From: Isurus oxyrinchus
Lineage: Eukaryota
DNA length: 64,000 bases
Reading direction: 5' to 3'
NCBI GenBank assembly: GCA_026770705.1
Contig: JANJGN010000035.1
Coordinates: 13,640,001 to 13,704,000 of the forward strand
The position numbers were made by a program, and so were the translations under genes. Under the pieces are notes generated by a model, which did not search any database, was not told where the DNA came from, and saw nothing but the letters and a program-made list of their open reading frames with translations. Below, piece after piece: positions 50,556 to 64,000 of this stretch; the stretch's first letter is position 1; every line of letters begins with the position of its first letter.

Positions 50556-53500
50556 TTGTGTACTTTGATTTCTGTTTGTGAATATTTTTGGTAATTAAAT
50601 GCATTTTTATGGGATATGGGTATCGCAAGACACAAGGCACGGTGAGCTGCTTTCACAAACAGTTTTCTTCCATTAGTTTCCCAAGCACTGATGCTCAACT
50701 CACTGGCCTGCATTTGCCTTCTTTCCAATTCTGCCCTCCTTGAATATTAGTTTCATATTGCAACAAAATTACTCCTTGATTATTAATGCAATGACACCTA
50801 ATCTTTAAAACACTCCACCCCTTGCCCTTCAGTTCGTTTTGCCGTTCCCTCAACCATATCTCTGTAATAACATTGATTAACATATGTCCATATGTTAATC
50901 AACACCCTCAATTCTTCTGATTTACTTTTAAAACACATTGCGTTAAAATATTTGCAATCCATCCCTGCATTATTCCCTTGTGTTTTTACGGTTGTATATT
51001 TGCTATGCCTTCCAGGATGACTTAGTTTGATTTCTATCTTTGGCTGTGTATCATCCCCTGCTGTATCTGCCTTCTGTATCCATTCACTCTATGCCCCATC
51101 ACACCATCATGAGAAAATAAACTAAATGAACAAACCATTAAAAAGGCAGGCACTTGAAAACACAACTGTGGATGAACAGGGAAATCGCAAAGTTCAGCGT
51201 TCAGTCTGAGCGTGCAATTTCTCATCGCACCACCCCCCACCACCCGGCAGACAATCCCATGAAGGCAGGGAAAATATCACCTGGACCCCACACCCCCATC
51301 ACAGGTGGCTCAGTGATATTTCCTCTGACTAATATGGCAGTGTAATGTCTTGGGGATCGGGCTACCAGGACAGATGTTGAAATTTGAACGCTAAGTATAA
51401 CGATGACCATGAAAGCTTTGCTGATATTCGTAAGATGTCCATTTCATTCATTAATGGCCTGCCGGGGAGGGAATCTGTCCTTATTACCTGGCCTGGACTC
51501 CATTTGTCTCCAGATTGGCTCCTAAATGTCCGGTGAACAAGGGGCAAATAGCAATGGGGAATAAATGCTGGCCTGGCTAGCAACGTCGACATTCCATGAG
51601 GGAATTAAAAAGTAACATCACCGTTCATAAAAAAAGAACCTGAATAACTTGCCCCATTTCCTCTTCAATATAATTTGGATTTTAGCAAAGATGGCATTAA
51701 GAAAATTTGCAAAACAACCGGTGTTAAAACCTAATGCGCCAATGGAATGCAATCCTTGAATTCATAATTTTTGAAAACTTTTTAAAGTGATATTTATTTT
51801 CGGCTTTTTTTGAGATTTTATTTAACCTTGTGCTTTTTCCTGATGTTATTGATCCAGTAATGAGGTCAGTATGGAGTCTCATGCAGAAAAGGCAGTGTCG
51901 TTACTCAGGCAATAAGGGGAATACCCTAGGCCCATTTATACGAAATAAGCAAAACGCCTTGGAAGCTGTAAAGCTGAAACAAAAACACAAAATGCTAGAA
52001 ACACATAGCAGTTAACAGCATCGGTGGATAAAAAATAAAGTTAAGGCCCACAATAACGTTGTTTTCCTCTTCACTAATTTTTTAATGAAAATGCATTCTC
52101 CAATTTTCATCCGGGGGTCGAATTCTACCCTTGAATTGAAAACAGGTAGTGCTGGTAAATCTCAGTACGTTTGACAGCGTGTCTGAACAGAGAAACCGAG
52201 TGAACGTTTTGAGTTCCAATGACTCCACCATTGAACGTCTATAATCTTTGAACAAATTAATCCTGATCCTAAAATCATGCAGCTCGTCAAGTTATATTTC
52301 AGCGGGAAGGTTGAGAGGAGATAGATCCTGAGTTCAGTTAATCGATAGCTCTGAACACCAAGCCGGTCCTATTAAATTTGAAATGTTTGAGTTCCGCTTA
52401 CAATGTCACTCGTTCTCCGGAGCAGTCCGCAGTGGGGTAGTGGTTTGGCAGGTATCAACTCCCACCTACATTACAGGTCACAGACGCCATGATATTTCTT
52501 TCAAATATCAGTTGTTCTTCGCTGGTTTCAACTGACAAATGAGTTGCAGAATGGAAATGGCATTTGGGCTTAAATATTGAGATACTGGTCACTCAGCAGG
52601 CTGTTGCATTAAAGCAGGCCACTCTGCCCTACGATGCTACGTACTTGGACAGGAAAAAAAACAGGGTCACTAGTCAGTTTCTTATTTCCATTAAGTGCCC
52701 ACTCACCCTATCAAAACCATCCGCCCACCCACCAACATCAGCCCTACACATTCTAATCCACCCACTCCTCCCTGCCTTGACTAGCACAACAAAAAAAACC
52801 TACCTCACACCCACCCCCTCCTTCCTACACCTCACCTGTCAACATCCTCACTCAGACAAACTCCTAATCCCTGCCTACCCAAACCACCTACAAGCAACCA
52901 CCCACTCCACACCCATTTGCTCCTCCCTGCCTCTGCAAACCACAAAATCCACGTCACCTACTCCCGTCTGCCTGCCCCCACAACCCAGCATTAGCCTCAA
53001 CCACGCACACGCCCCACACGCCAACAAACGCCTGACCACTTCACCCCCGCCAATCATCCATACACAACTCACCCAGCAACTTCCCCCTAGCCGCCACAAA
53101 CTCATCTCTTCCGCTTTACCACACGCAATTATCAACACATCCCAATCGCTCGATGCCTACCACCTTCTCCCTGCACCATACCAGCACCAGCTCACCACCC
53201 CATCTCCAAAACCCTCCACCATTCCGCCGCAACCATCCTACATACCCTCAACAACCCTCCCCCCATCCTCTCCTCCATACCACCTCAACCAGCTCCCCCA
53301 TGCCCCCACACCCAATGCCACACATTAGACCCAAATTAAAAGCAAAATTCTGCAGATGATGGAAATTGAAAAAAAAAATCACCAAATTCTGGAAACCATC
53401 ATCAGGTCCGGCAGCATCTGTGGAGAGGGATACAGTGTAAATTTTTTAGTCCATATGACCCTTCTTCGATGCGCTACTGTGTATGGATCAGTCATCTCCC

Positions 53501-56500
53501 TCTAATCCGGGGTATCATTTGTGGGCTTCCCATCAAACAGCCAAAACTCTTCAGCGACGTGGATAGATTCTTGTTGGGACCATGTGGGTGAATTTCACAC
53601 CGTGTTTTTGTGAATGCTGCTGGTTGTGGAATGAGCTGTCCATTCATCATCGCACCCTATCTGACCTTCTAGTGACCCGAACACCTATCGTGTGTGGACA
53701 GGGCCCTCTGTGCTTTCACCCACTGAAAGGTACATTGTTTTGTACATTAAAGCAAACCTAGCTGAATGTGATGAATAAATAAAAACACTTAAATGTTGCA
53801 GCAGCTCCTCTGTTTGCTGAAAGTGTTCTGCCTGAATTGTTCAATCGGGTTCATGCCACCAAATCCAAGTTTGATCTATCTCTCGTGTCGATGTGTTACT
53901 CAGTATTTTCTGTTCTGAACTTCGAGGCTGAGACTCCAAGCTGCGCCTCAATACTCCAGCAGCGGCCTTAGTCTGAGTACCAAGGCTAAGTGTCATATTC
54001 TGCTTTCGTACAAAATGTTCTATCGTTATTTTTCCCCCAATGGGAGAATGGTTAATATGAGATTGGTATTTCTGGTGACAGTGGATGTGTTCCTGTTTCA
54101 TTTCGACGTTGGCAAATGGCCCCGACCAAGATTATTTCCTTCTGGAAGCGTCGGAGGTCATTGTTCAGTATGTAAATACAGAATAAATTGTTCACATACG
54201 GCCGATTTATGCGAAGCTCAAAAGGCAGCTCCAGCACCTGTTTACTTTATTTTATATAGACTTGCTTAGATTGGACAAATCGTAAGCGGCTTGCTCCCGT
54301 GTTACTGCCCCACAGCAACTACTTCCACCTTACCAACTAAATATAGTGATCGAAGAGAAATACTTTGCGTTTGTCTGAAAGTCTGAACCTCGTGAAGCAA
54401 CCGCAAATGCTTCATAGGAGTGCTAACAGCCAAGACTCACACTTAGCCCTAGCTTAGGAAGCAAAACACGTGTTAAATAAGGGTTGTAGGAGCACGTTAG
54501 GGTGCCTGGCTGCTGAGCAGACTTCTGCAAGATTGCATGTAGGCAGCGGTGTTTTGTTTGAAAACATATTTAATCAAGAGTGAAATCTAGCAGGCGGGGC
54601 AAGAGAACATGGGAAAATTTGACACTCCGGAATCTATTCCAGTCCAGCTACCTAATTGTCAATCAACGGGCTAGAGAAACAAATAGGATGTGCTAAGCAC
54701 ATCAAGCGTACAGAGACAACCCTGTGGCAACTGCCATCCCCCCTCTTGCCGCCGGGATATTTCACAGCCTTTCGCTCATGACAACCACATAGTTATCGTT
54801 TTGGATTCACCCAACAAGTGGAAAATGCTTTACCATGTGTCTACCTGCTGAAGTCCCTACTTATTTGTAAACATCTCTCTCATATTCACTGCTCAGCCTT
54901 TTGTATTCTAGTGGAAAAGCCCCAGACTGCTTACCTGTATACATTGTCTTATCGCATCTTCAGAATTCCCAAAAGCAGATTGGATGATCTGCCTGTTGGA
55001 GTCCAACTCATTTGTGATTGTTTCTTTCTACGAAGCGGAATGTATATATGGATGTTATGGGCTTGGGTAAGCAAATAGATCACAGTCAGCCACCTGATGG
55101 GTTGAAAGCTGGATTTATCTGTCGTTTGACTTTTAATGTATCTACTTTCATGTCCATTCATTGCCAACGCGTCCATCAAACATCTTGCCATCTGAGATAG
55201 TGAGGCAACATGAGTAAAACAATCCCCACATACGTAACTTTCAAAGCAGGTCCTTCGATGCAAATGGCGAAATCTGCCTTCCAAAACTGTGATGCCACAG
55301 ATGAGTGCCCCATCCCATCTGTTTACTTTCCACAAATGTGACTATGTTCTCGGCCCAATAATCTGGGACAAGTTTCCTTATGAATTGTAATGTCAGATTG
55401 GGCATGAGGCTGCTTGTTGCCAGAAGTCCTTTTGCTTATTTCCAATTGTCCTGAACATCAACTTGCCACTGATGAACATGGAATTATTTTCAAGTTCCTA
55501 GTCGTCCTCTGGTTCCTAGTGATGTTGGAGATATCCATATCAATCGCTGTTTCCTTTTGCACATGGGAGGTGCTGGGCAGCAATTCGAAGATTACAGTTC
55601 ATAAGGTAAGTAATTGCAGGGGTCCAGATAATACTAAGTTTTGATCTGAAGAGAAGCAAGTGACTTGAGTCTCCGCAGCACCTTTTCTGACAATTCGAAA
55701 GCGTCTTCAAAGTAGAGAAGTATTATCCTATCAATAGAAATGTGAGACTGGCTAGCTGATATTTCGTGGGTGTTGGTCAAAAGATCTGAGATTCAGAGGG
55801 ATCTGGCTATCAAAGTGCAAGAATCACAAATTTCTAGTGTGCAGGTACAGCAAGAGATTAGTGAAAACAAAATAGAATGGTATAACTTATTCTGAAGGGA
55901 ATGGAATACAAAAGTAGGGAGATTATATTTCAGTTGTACAGGGCACTGTTGAGAACACATCTGGAGTTTTGTGTTCAGTACTGTTACCCTCAATTAAGGA
56001 AGATGTAAAAGAATTAGAAGCAGTTCAGAAAAAAATACAAGATTAACATCAGGAATGGATGGGCTATCTTACAAGGAAAGGTTGGATAGTTTAGGCTTGT
56101 ATCCAATTGAATATAGGACAGAAAATGACAACTTTATTAAAACATATATCAGTGTGTTGGATATTGATAGGTTGTATGTGGAGATGATGTTTCCATTTGT
56201 GGGAGAATGTAGCCCTAGGGGTCATTTTTTTAAAAATTAAGAGGACACTCCATTGAGACAGCTGAGGGGCATCACTTTCCCTCAGGGAGTGGTGAGACAT
56301 TGGATCCCCCTTCCTGAAAATATAGTGGAAGAAGGTTCTTTGAATATGTTTAAGGCAGAGATAAATATATTCTTGATTAACAATGGTGTAAAATGCTATT
56401 GGGCGTCGGCAGGAAAGTGGGACTGAGGTATCATTTAAGTCAGCCATGGTGTCTTGTTGAATGGAAGAGCAGGCTCGAGGGGCTCGCTGGCCGACTCTTG

Positions 56501-59500
56501 CTCCTTGCTCTTAAGTTTGTCTGAACAATCACACGGAAGCAAGAGTAAAATGTTAACTTGTTATCGAATGGCCGCTCTGATATGAAACTGTGGGGGGAGG
56601 TGGAGAATGAATGCTTTTCAGATGCTAGCGTGTTCCCAAGGGTCACTTTTGGATTAATTACTATCTCCTAACTTCTATATATGAACTAGGGTATACTGCA
56701 AGAAGCAACATGATAAAGTTTGTTAACGGAACACAACTTGGTAACTGGGTACATATTGGTGAGTGGGGTTGTTGACTCCAGATGGCATAGGGAGAATAGT
56801 GAAATGGGCAGGAGCTGGTAGATGGAGCTGAATGTTGTCATGTATAACTTTTGCAAAGGCGAATATGGCAGGACAAATTTCAATTAACATTCTGAAAAGA
56901 GGAGTTAAGAAGAGCTGTCTTCCTGTTCACACAGACCAATCATGAATTTTTTTTATTCGTTGCGGGGTTGTGGTCGTCGGTGCCTTGGGTCCAATATTTA
57001 TTTCCAAACTCTTAGTCAGAGGGTATTTAAGGGATAGACACAGGTAATGCAGACTTGTCAAGGATGGCATATTTCCTTCCCGAAAGGATATTAGTGAATC
57101 ATACGGGGCTTTAAAGCAATCGGCAATGATTACACGATCCTCATCAGCAGAATTTTAATTCCTGACTTTTATTGAATTCGAATTTCACCATCTGCCGTGC
57201 AGAATCTGGGTACACAGATCATTATCCTGGGTCTTTGGAATAATAGTCAGTGACAATACCACTATGCCACCACCTCTAAATGGAGTTATACAGTCTGAAA
57301 TAAGCTGAAGGGGTGCCAGCTTTACAAATTGTTGTTTGAGTCAGCTGGAGGTTTGCGGACAATTCCTCACACGAGAATCTTCGAATACTTAATGTCTTTA
57401 AAAGCGGTACAGGGGAAGTGTCCAAGCTTGTTACACGGGAAATGACCTCAGCTGTAAGGAGAGGTAAAATTATCGCGAAGTCGCTCCTAATTGGCAGAGA
57501 AATATGTCGGAGGTAACTTACTAAAGCTTTGGAAGTTGCTGGGAGGATTTGATCTAAGAGACAGAATTAAAGGGACACTGAATTAAGGTCATTGTAAGTA
57601 GTTTGAGAGATAATAAAGCTCATTAATTTCTCACACAGTTGTCGGACTCTGGGACGTTGTACCTGAATTTTTTTTAAAAAGTGTCTGGAAATTGCTTACA
57701 GAAATAATTTTAAACGGAAATCGGGGAGCTCGTTGAGAATGAAAAAATGACGGGCTTCAGAAGATAAAGATTGGGGTGCAGATGTGGGACATAGTATCAC
57801 TGTGCTCCTTCAACAGGATAAGCAGACGTGCTGTCGATCTAGGCGCCAGACCCGCATGAATATCAGCAGGTAGAGGGCCATAGGGTACTTTCCGGGCCAA
57901 CAGAAGGCTGATTGTCATTAGATCACAGCACCAATTGGTCATGAGACATCTGGCAGCCAGTGCTATTTGTGGGCAGAGCCAGTGGCTGCCCGGGATACCC
58001 AGATTTCTGCCTAAATTCCGGCTCCTGTCAGTTCGATTTCAGGCTAGACAGGTGAAATAATCACTTAGTATTCACATTAACACCATTTTATTGTATTTTA
58101 TAATAACATTACCGCTTTGTTAGCATCGAGGTTAGTTGAAATTAATTAACTAGTATTTGGAACGTTTATATTTGGGCTCAGAATTTTGCATAGACTTCAC
58201 GAGTTTATTGAGTTACATTTATTTTCTGACTCAGTTCGAGATGGCTCCCACGAGCCTAGGTTTTTTTTTCAGTATTTGGGAAAATGCTGTTCACTTCTCT
58301 AAGGGAATGTCATATATAGATGGATTTATACATATAACATCATAGACACATACGGACATGTATTGCATAAATACTCGTAAATTTTTTGAGAAATTGCATT
58401 CATTCTCAATATAAATCACTACCACCTGAATGCCTTCCCCTTTTTTCAACTTGGATGTAACGAGGACCTTAAGGCCTAGGTGTACATATCCATAGATCCT
58501 AGAAGACAGCAGCACAGATACATTAGTCAGTTATGACGTCATATGAGATATTTGCCTTTATTAGACGAGGCGTAGATTAGAAGAGCAGAGAGGTTATGTT
58601 GGAATTCTTTGGAATGCTAATTGGGCCGCATCTGGTGTACTGTGTGCAATTCACGTCGCCACAGTACAGGAAGGATATTTTTGCACTCTCCAGGGTGCAG
58701 AACAGATTCATGGGGATGTTGTCTGGGCTGGAGCATCTTAGGTATGAACTGAGACAGGACAGGTTGACTTGGAATACCATAGAGCAGAGAAGGCTGAGAG
58801 GGGAGCTGAAAGAGGTCATCAATATTATGAGGGGCTTAGGTAGGGCATAAGGCAGATGGAATAAAAATGTTTTCCCCATAGCAGAGGCGACAATTACCCT
58901 CGGGCACAGATTTACGTTAAGGGGCAGGAGTTTTAGAGAAGAACTGAGGATTGTTTTTCACCCAGAGTGAGTTGGGCGGGGTTGCTACGGGAATTCACTG
59001 CCAGAGGGGGTGATAGATGCAGGAATGCTGGCAACGTTTAATAAATGTTTTGATGAGTAAATGAAATGCCACAGCATACTGAACTACTGGCCATGTGCTG
59101 GGAAATTAGATTAGAATAGATAGGTTCATGATGGCCTGCAAGGACAAAATGGGCCGACTGCCCTTTTTCTGTGCTGTATAACGCTATGGTTCTAAAGACT
59201 GTTTCTGCTCACTGCTTTGATGTCAAATCCGTTTTCCTTCAGAGCCGCACAATGAGTCCGCTCTTCAGGACATCAGCTCTCAAACGCCCGTACCTCAGGG
59301 CTGAGCATGTCGCGATGTGCCACCACCAGCACTGTTCTAAGCTGCTCTTCATTGGCACAGCTGGAGATTCAGTGGGAGTAAATCTGCCGCCAGCTCAATG
59401 AGTTCACTCCATGACTGATATTCCTTTTAATGTCCAAGAACGCATGCTGCTGACTGAACAAAAGCTATGTGATAAAGAGAATAAAGAGACGAGGGGGAAC

Positions 59501-62209
59501 TGACCAACAGAAACCAAAAGGAAAGGAGGAGGACATTCCACCCTTCGTTATTGTGCTGGTTCTTTGTCAAATCTCTACCATTAATCAGTGTCCCTATTTT
59601 AATTGCCGATAGCCACTCAACTGTTTAATCAAAGCACTTTTGAAACTTAATATTGAGCTTTCTTCCACCAGTATTTCAAACCATATATAAAGTTTACCCA
59701 CTATTCGTTTTACTGTTTTCCCAGGTCTACATCCCTCCCCTCCCCCGTTTCATTCTCCCCTCCTACACCTTGCCACATGTCTAAACATTGATACGTTTCC
59801 AATAATACCTTTCTGCTCTCTTTCATTTACTCCCATCCATCACTAACATGTTTCTCTTTCCATCCTGTTCCCAATGCCACACCCACTTGTCTGCACTTCT
59901 TCCCATTGTTAACCACCCCTTTGCTCGCTCTCATAGACCCATCCTCCGCACGGCCATTCATTGATGTTCGAATTCCCAATTTTAAAATGAGGGATGTTAA
60001 AAAAAATACATCAACACTCTGGAAAATGCCACTTGGCAGAAACTGATTCTTTCCAACCACGCCCAGGGGACATGGGAACTCGGGAAAACCCCTTGCTCAA
60101 CAGTCCCCCTCGCAAGTTCTCACTCCTTCCCCTGTCTGCCCTCATTTTTCCACCAATTCCACGACTCACCCTTGTTTTAAACTTTGCCTTTCACTCTAAT
60201 TTGTTTTTCTGACGCCATGAGGACATGGGAGGCAACATGATAATGAAAATGATATTGCTGCTGAATTCTCTTTGCCACTTTAATTTGACTTGGAATACAG
60301 CAGCACGGCTTCCATCTCTTTCTGTGATTAAAACCACCGTGAGCATCCACAAATAGGTCAATTCTCTACCATGTTAAAATCAACTGGCACTTGTGCCACT
60401 TCTCCATCGAATTGTTTCCTTCTATCTGCTACCTCAATGCGCATTTGCCAACCTCGCCATGGGAGATATTTAGAGTGCATGCTTTAAATGTGCCTGACAA
60501 TCCAATTGCGGCCCTCAAACCAATCTTCACCGGACACTTATCCCTATATCCAACCCAGACCTTCACTCAGAAACGCCAGTGCTCTGAACACCAAACAGTC
60601 TGGCTCAATCCCTTCCATTCAGTAATCAGAGAAAACGATTTATGGACAAATTGGAAAAAAAAACCTGCGGTAATTTCTGAGCTACCTTTCAGCCCATGCA
60701 CGTAAATGCTACTGGGGGATTTAATCTTGACCCTAACTTAGAGGCCCCAGGAAATACACTGGGCTGGGAGAGCAAGCTTCCACATGAAAGGATTAAATGA
60801 TTAATATTGTAAAATACGCTGCTCAGGAAAGTGGGGGCAAGGAAACAATGTTGAGCCTTTTAAAAGGCATGTTGTACTGTCCAGTGTGTTTATTACTCAG
60901 AAGTTTAAAGCTCTCATAATTTAGAAAGCTACACGGATTCACTTTCATCATTTCAGGGAGACGGGAAAACCGTTTCTCACATCCATCTAAGAACAAAAAC
61001 ATGATATTGGTTTCCTTCTCACTAACTAAATGCCTTTCTGTGATTCGCATTGCCTTCAATATTCTAAAGGCCTACAGATAAACAACAGTTGCGAAGTATC
61101 ACGCTGCAGTGATGGAACAAGTCGTTGGTTGGGAGCAAGACCAGATAAAGGACGGCATTCGGGCTGCATGTGAGGGGAATGACCTGTGGAGGGCGGCTTC
61201 TGACTGAAAAAAATGAGCGGTGCTTTGGGTTCTGTTTGGAGACCCTAGAGAGCCCAGAGGAGGAGGGAATCCGAGGGGGATCAGGATAGCTGAGTCCTTA
61301 CATTTTACTGACGTTGAATCCTGACATTCAGCGCTCGGGTTCTACTATTTCCACCGCATTTGAGAAGATTAAACACAACTCCTGCTGCATTCTCCTGCTC
61401 CTTCAACAAAGCTGAGATTGGGACATGCCAGGCTGAAATAGTATGTCCGTAACAAACTGATAAAACACCATAGATACCCCAATCAGAATACCATTCCCAA
61501 CTTCTACACTCAATAGAATGGGAGCCACAGTACTCACATTTCACTCTATTTACAGAGAACTGGTGTGCAGAACCTCCCTGGTTACTCTGTTCCTTATGCA
61601 TCTCGGAGGTGAATATAATTCTGGATAGTGTCCTGACTGGTGTCCATTGGAAAAAACAGGGGCAGGAGCAGCATGTAGTGACTTTTTCCTCAGCTTCAAT
61701 GTTCATTGAGTCCACAGTTAAATTCCTACCTGACTAGCAAATTCCTAAATTTTCCTCATATACCTTGATTCACACAGGACCCAAGAAATTATCATTCTCA
61801 AACTCGAATATACCACCGTTCTGTGTCCAAATATGAAAAATTTCAGAGGCAACTGTGCGGTCGGACAGACGCTTCAAATCAAAATTCTCATTCACATTGT
61901 CATCGAGCACACTCCCTCCCCTACTCCCCTTCCCTAACCCTTCTCCCCACTGCCCTCCGTCAGTGCCTCTACACTCCCCTCCCCCTCTCCTTTCTCATGT
62001 CACCTCATTCTCACCTCTACGTTCCACCCTCCCCCTCTCCACTTTCCCTCCCCATTATGCACCTGCCCTCCCCCTTCCTCTACCCACTCAACCCCTCCAC
62101 CACATCCCCTCTCCACCCCTCCTACTCCCCACCTCAACCCACGGTCTGTCCAGTGAAATTCATGGATACAGTGGAAGAGATAATATTCAGATTTTTCAGA
62201 CCAACATCA

Positions 62210-62271
62210 GCGCTCGTGGCTCAGTTGATTAAAAAGCCCGTTCAGTAGACAGGAGATGCCCAGAGCTGCCT
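62210..62271 (+). pseudogene. tRNA-Thr(AGU family) pseudogene lacking the T-arm
   Basis: cgtggctcagttgattaaaaagcccgttcagtagacaggagat vs canonical CGTGGCTTAGTTGGTTAAAGCGCCTGTCTAGTAAACAGGAGAT, then jumps to cccagagctgcct (~12-13 nt deleted). Confidence 0.8.
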
Positions 62272-62977
62272 CTTAACTTATCACCAGTTGGACGTTTTGA
62301 ACATGCTAGCAAAGAGGAAAGTATCAGCTGTTGAGGTGCAAATTTCAATTTGATAGCAACCCTCGATGCCGTGATCAGTACAGGGAAATAAAAACTCAAA
62401 TTGTCCAGTGTCAACTTCATTGATAAATGTTCCTGGAAGGCTGCAGCGGTTCAAGTAATTAGGTCTCCACTACATTCTCAAGGGCAACTAGGGATGGGCA
62501 ATAAATCCTGACGCAGCATGAAAAGCCCACATCCCCTGAATGAATTAAAATACACTTAATTATCTTCCTGATGTACAGGCAACATGAGGTATATTGAATG
62601 ATGAGCTTGTGAGTGCACTCAGCAGGAAAGGCGGGGGCGGGCATGATAATACATGAAGTTCTTGTGTTTCCAAATCAATTCAGTGCTCTACAATATGTCA
62701 TTGCCACAACTTAGAGAGTGACACAGAATTCTTGTTTTCATAGTGGGTAACCTGACAACTTCCTGCCACGAAGAACAAATAAACGCATGATCTATTAGGA
62801 AAACTGGAAACTGATGCACTTTTTGTAATGGCCATCTCGAAACGTTTTCTAATGCCCTTTCATGTATTTTATGAAATAAGTACAGAAGTAATATACTAAG
62901 TAATTAATGCTAAATTATATACAGCTTAAATATGTTAGAAGATATTGCATATCGTTGTGGAAAATCAGGCTTTAAAA

Positions 62978-63050
62978 GACTGGATAAATCAGTTGATAGA
63001 GTCTTAGGCTTCTACTCTAACAGTGCAGGGATCAAGTCCCTATTCGGACA
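62978..63050 (+). pseudogene. tRNA-Lys(UUU) pseudogene (paralog of 29377-29448)
   Basis: 53/73 to canonical with no gaps; followed by a ttttt terminator remnant. Confidence 0.88.
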
Positions 63051-64000
63051 ATGAATTTTTAACACTGCCCTGAGTGGTGGAAGGGTTTGATCGTAGGCAC
63101 ATTCATGCATTTGAAATGAGTGGTTCTGGTCTGGTTGTATTTAAAAGTGCATAGGTTGGATTTGAAATGTACTTGATGAGATACGTGGGAGGCTTGGTTT
63201 TTCTGCTGCTGACTTTCAAAGGGAAGTTTAGAAGTGACAAGGAACTTCAGAATTTGCAGAGATTTCACAGGTAAAAAAAGGGGAAGTTATATGGAGTTAT
63301 TTTGACACAAAGTAAAGGCATTAGGAGAACATAGATTTTTATATTTGGAGAATTAGTATTTCCTATTTAGTAGACAAGCCATTTAAACAACAAAGTCACG
63401 GCACTGGGAGCACCGGGATGCTTCTAAATCTTATCTTATAATTTGCATCAGTGAATTTTCTGACACGCATCATTTGGAATTGTTGGCACATGGTGAGGAC
63501 TTTCCAACTGTTATGACCCAGCAGTTAATCCAGCTGAGTTATTTAAAATGCCAGTGGAAAACGTGAAATAACTGTCATAACCAATACTGTTAACTAATAT
63601 TATTGAGAGATAACTCTAAACTCAGGAATCAGACCACCATTTCTCGAGATGTTTTTGCATTAAAATAAATGAAACATCTTATATGTTAAAACAAATTTAA
63701 AAACATGCACATGGCTACAAATTGCTACTATCTAACTTTTAATAAATTCCCAAACTAACCTCCATTAAGTTACCAGCAACCACGGGCTTTAAGCAGACAC
63801 CAGGCAAAGGATTTTCACCTTTAAACATTCAAAGTGAGTTTTCTGACACTTTGAATCCTTTGCAGACACAGTGCCAGGCTTCCTGGATTTCATCTTGCAT
63901 TGCATCTGTCCTGCACAAACAAAGCTTCTGTCTGTTATAACCAGCATATCCCATTGAATATAAATCGTTATTTCAGCACCAGCCCCATTGAAATCCGCCT

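Larger units (their letters stand above)
40770..64000 (+). repeat. Copy 2 of ancient ~41-kb direct tandem duplication
   Basis: Same order and orientation of TE fragments and unique spacers as 1-31000. Lacks copy-1 5610-8385 and 11590-19460; has an extra 42350-46725. Confidence 0.95.

Noticed and set aside
52564-53328. 254-aa Pro/Thr/His-rich ORF (longest in window)
   Set aside because: A C/A-rich tract lacks stops by composition; the paralog at 10180-10860 does not keep the peptide.
40770-64000. Duplication as an assembly or haplotype artefact
   Set aside because: The copies differ by ~30-40% and carry independent insertions, far beyond allelic divergence.

Overview
This is non-coding, repeat-rich vertebrate DNA. 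The LINE, SINE, Penelope and Tx1 repertoire suggests a cartilaginous fish (shark); that assignment is an inference. I found no intact protein-coding gene: the ORF track is mostly decayed retroelement ORF2 fragments, low-complexity frames and antisense shadows. The main structure is an ancient direct tandem duplication with a unit of about 41 kb. Positions 1-~31000 are colinear with ~40770-64000 at roughly 60-70% identity (estimated by eye), with three large copy-specific indels: ~5610-8385, ~11590-19460 and ~42350-46725. The unit looks like a fossil small-RNA gene cluster. It carries four decayed tRNA-Lys(UUU) genes, a paralogous pair of tRNA-Thr relics sharing one T-arm deletion, weaker Met-like and unassigned tRNA relics, and a paralogous pair of 5' U2-snRNA-like segments in front of a CpG-rich block. 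Other observations: a young Penelope fold-back insertion with a 15-bp TSD, Penelope-associated minimal hammerhead motifs, a Tx1-clade LINE 3' end, 37-bp and SINE-head-like 43-bp minisatellites, a stop-free ORF retained in both copies, and a speculative protein-primed polB relic in the copy-1 insertion. All alignments were done by hand against remembered reference sequences, and boundaries are approximate unless stated otherwise.
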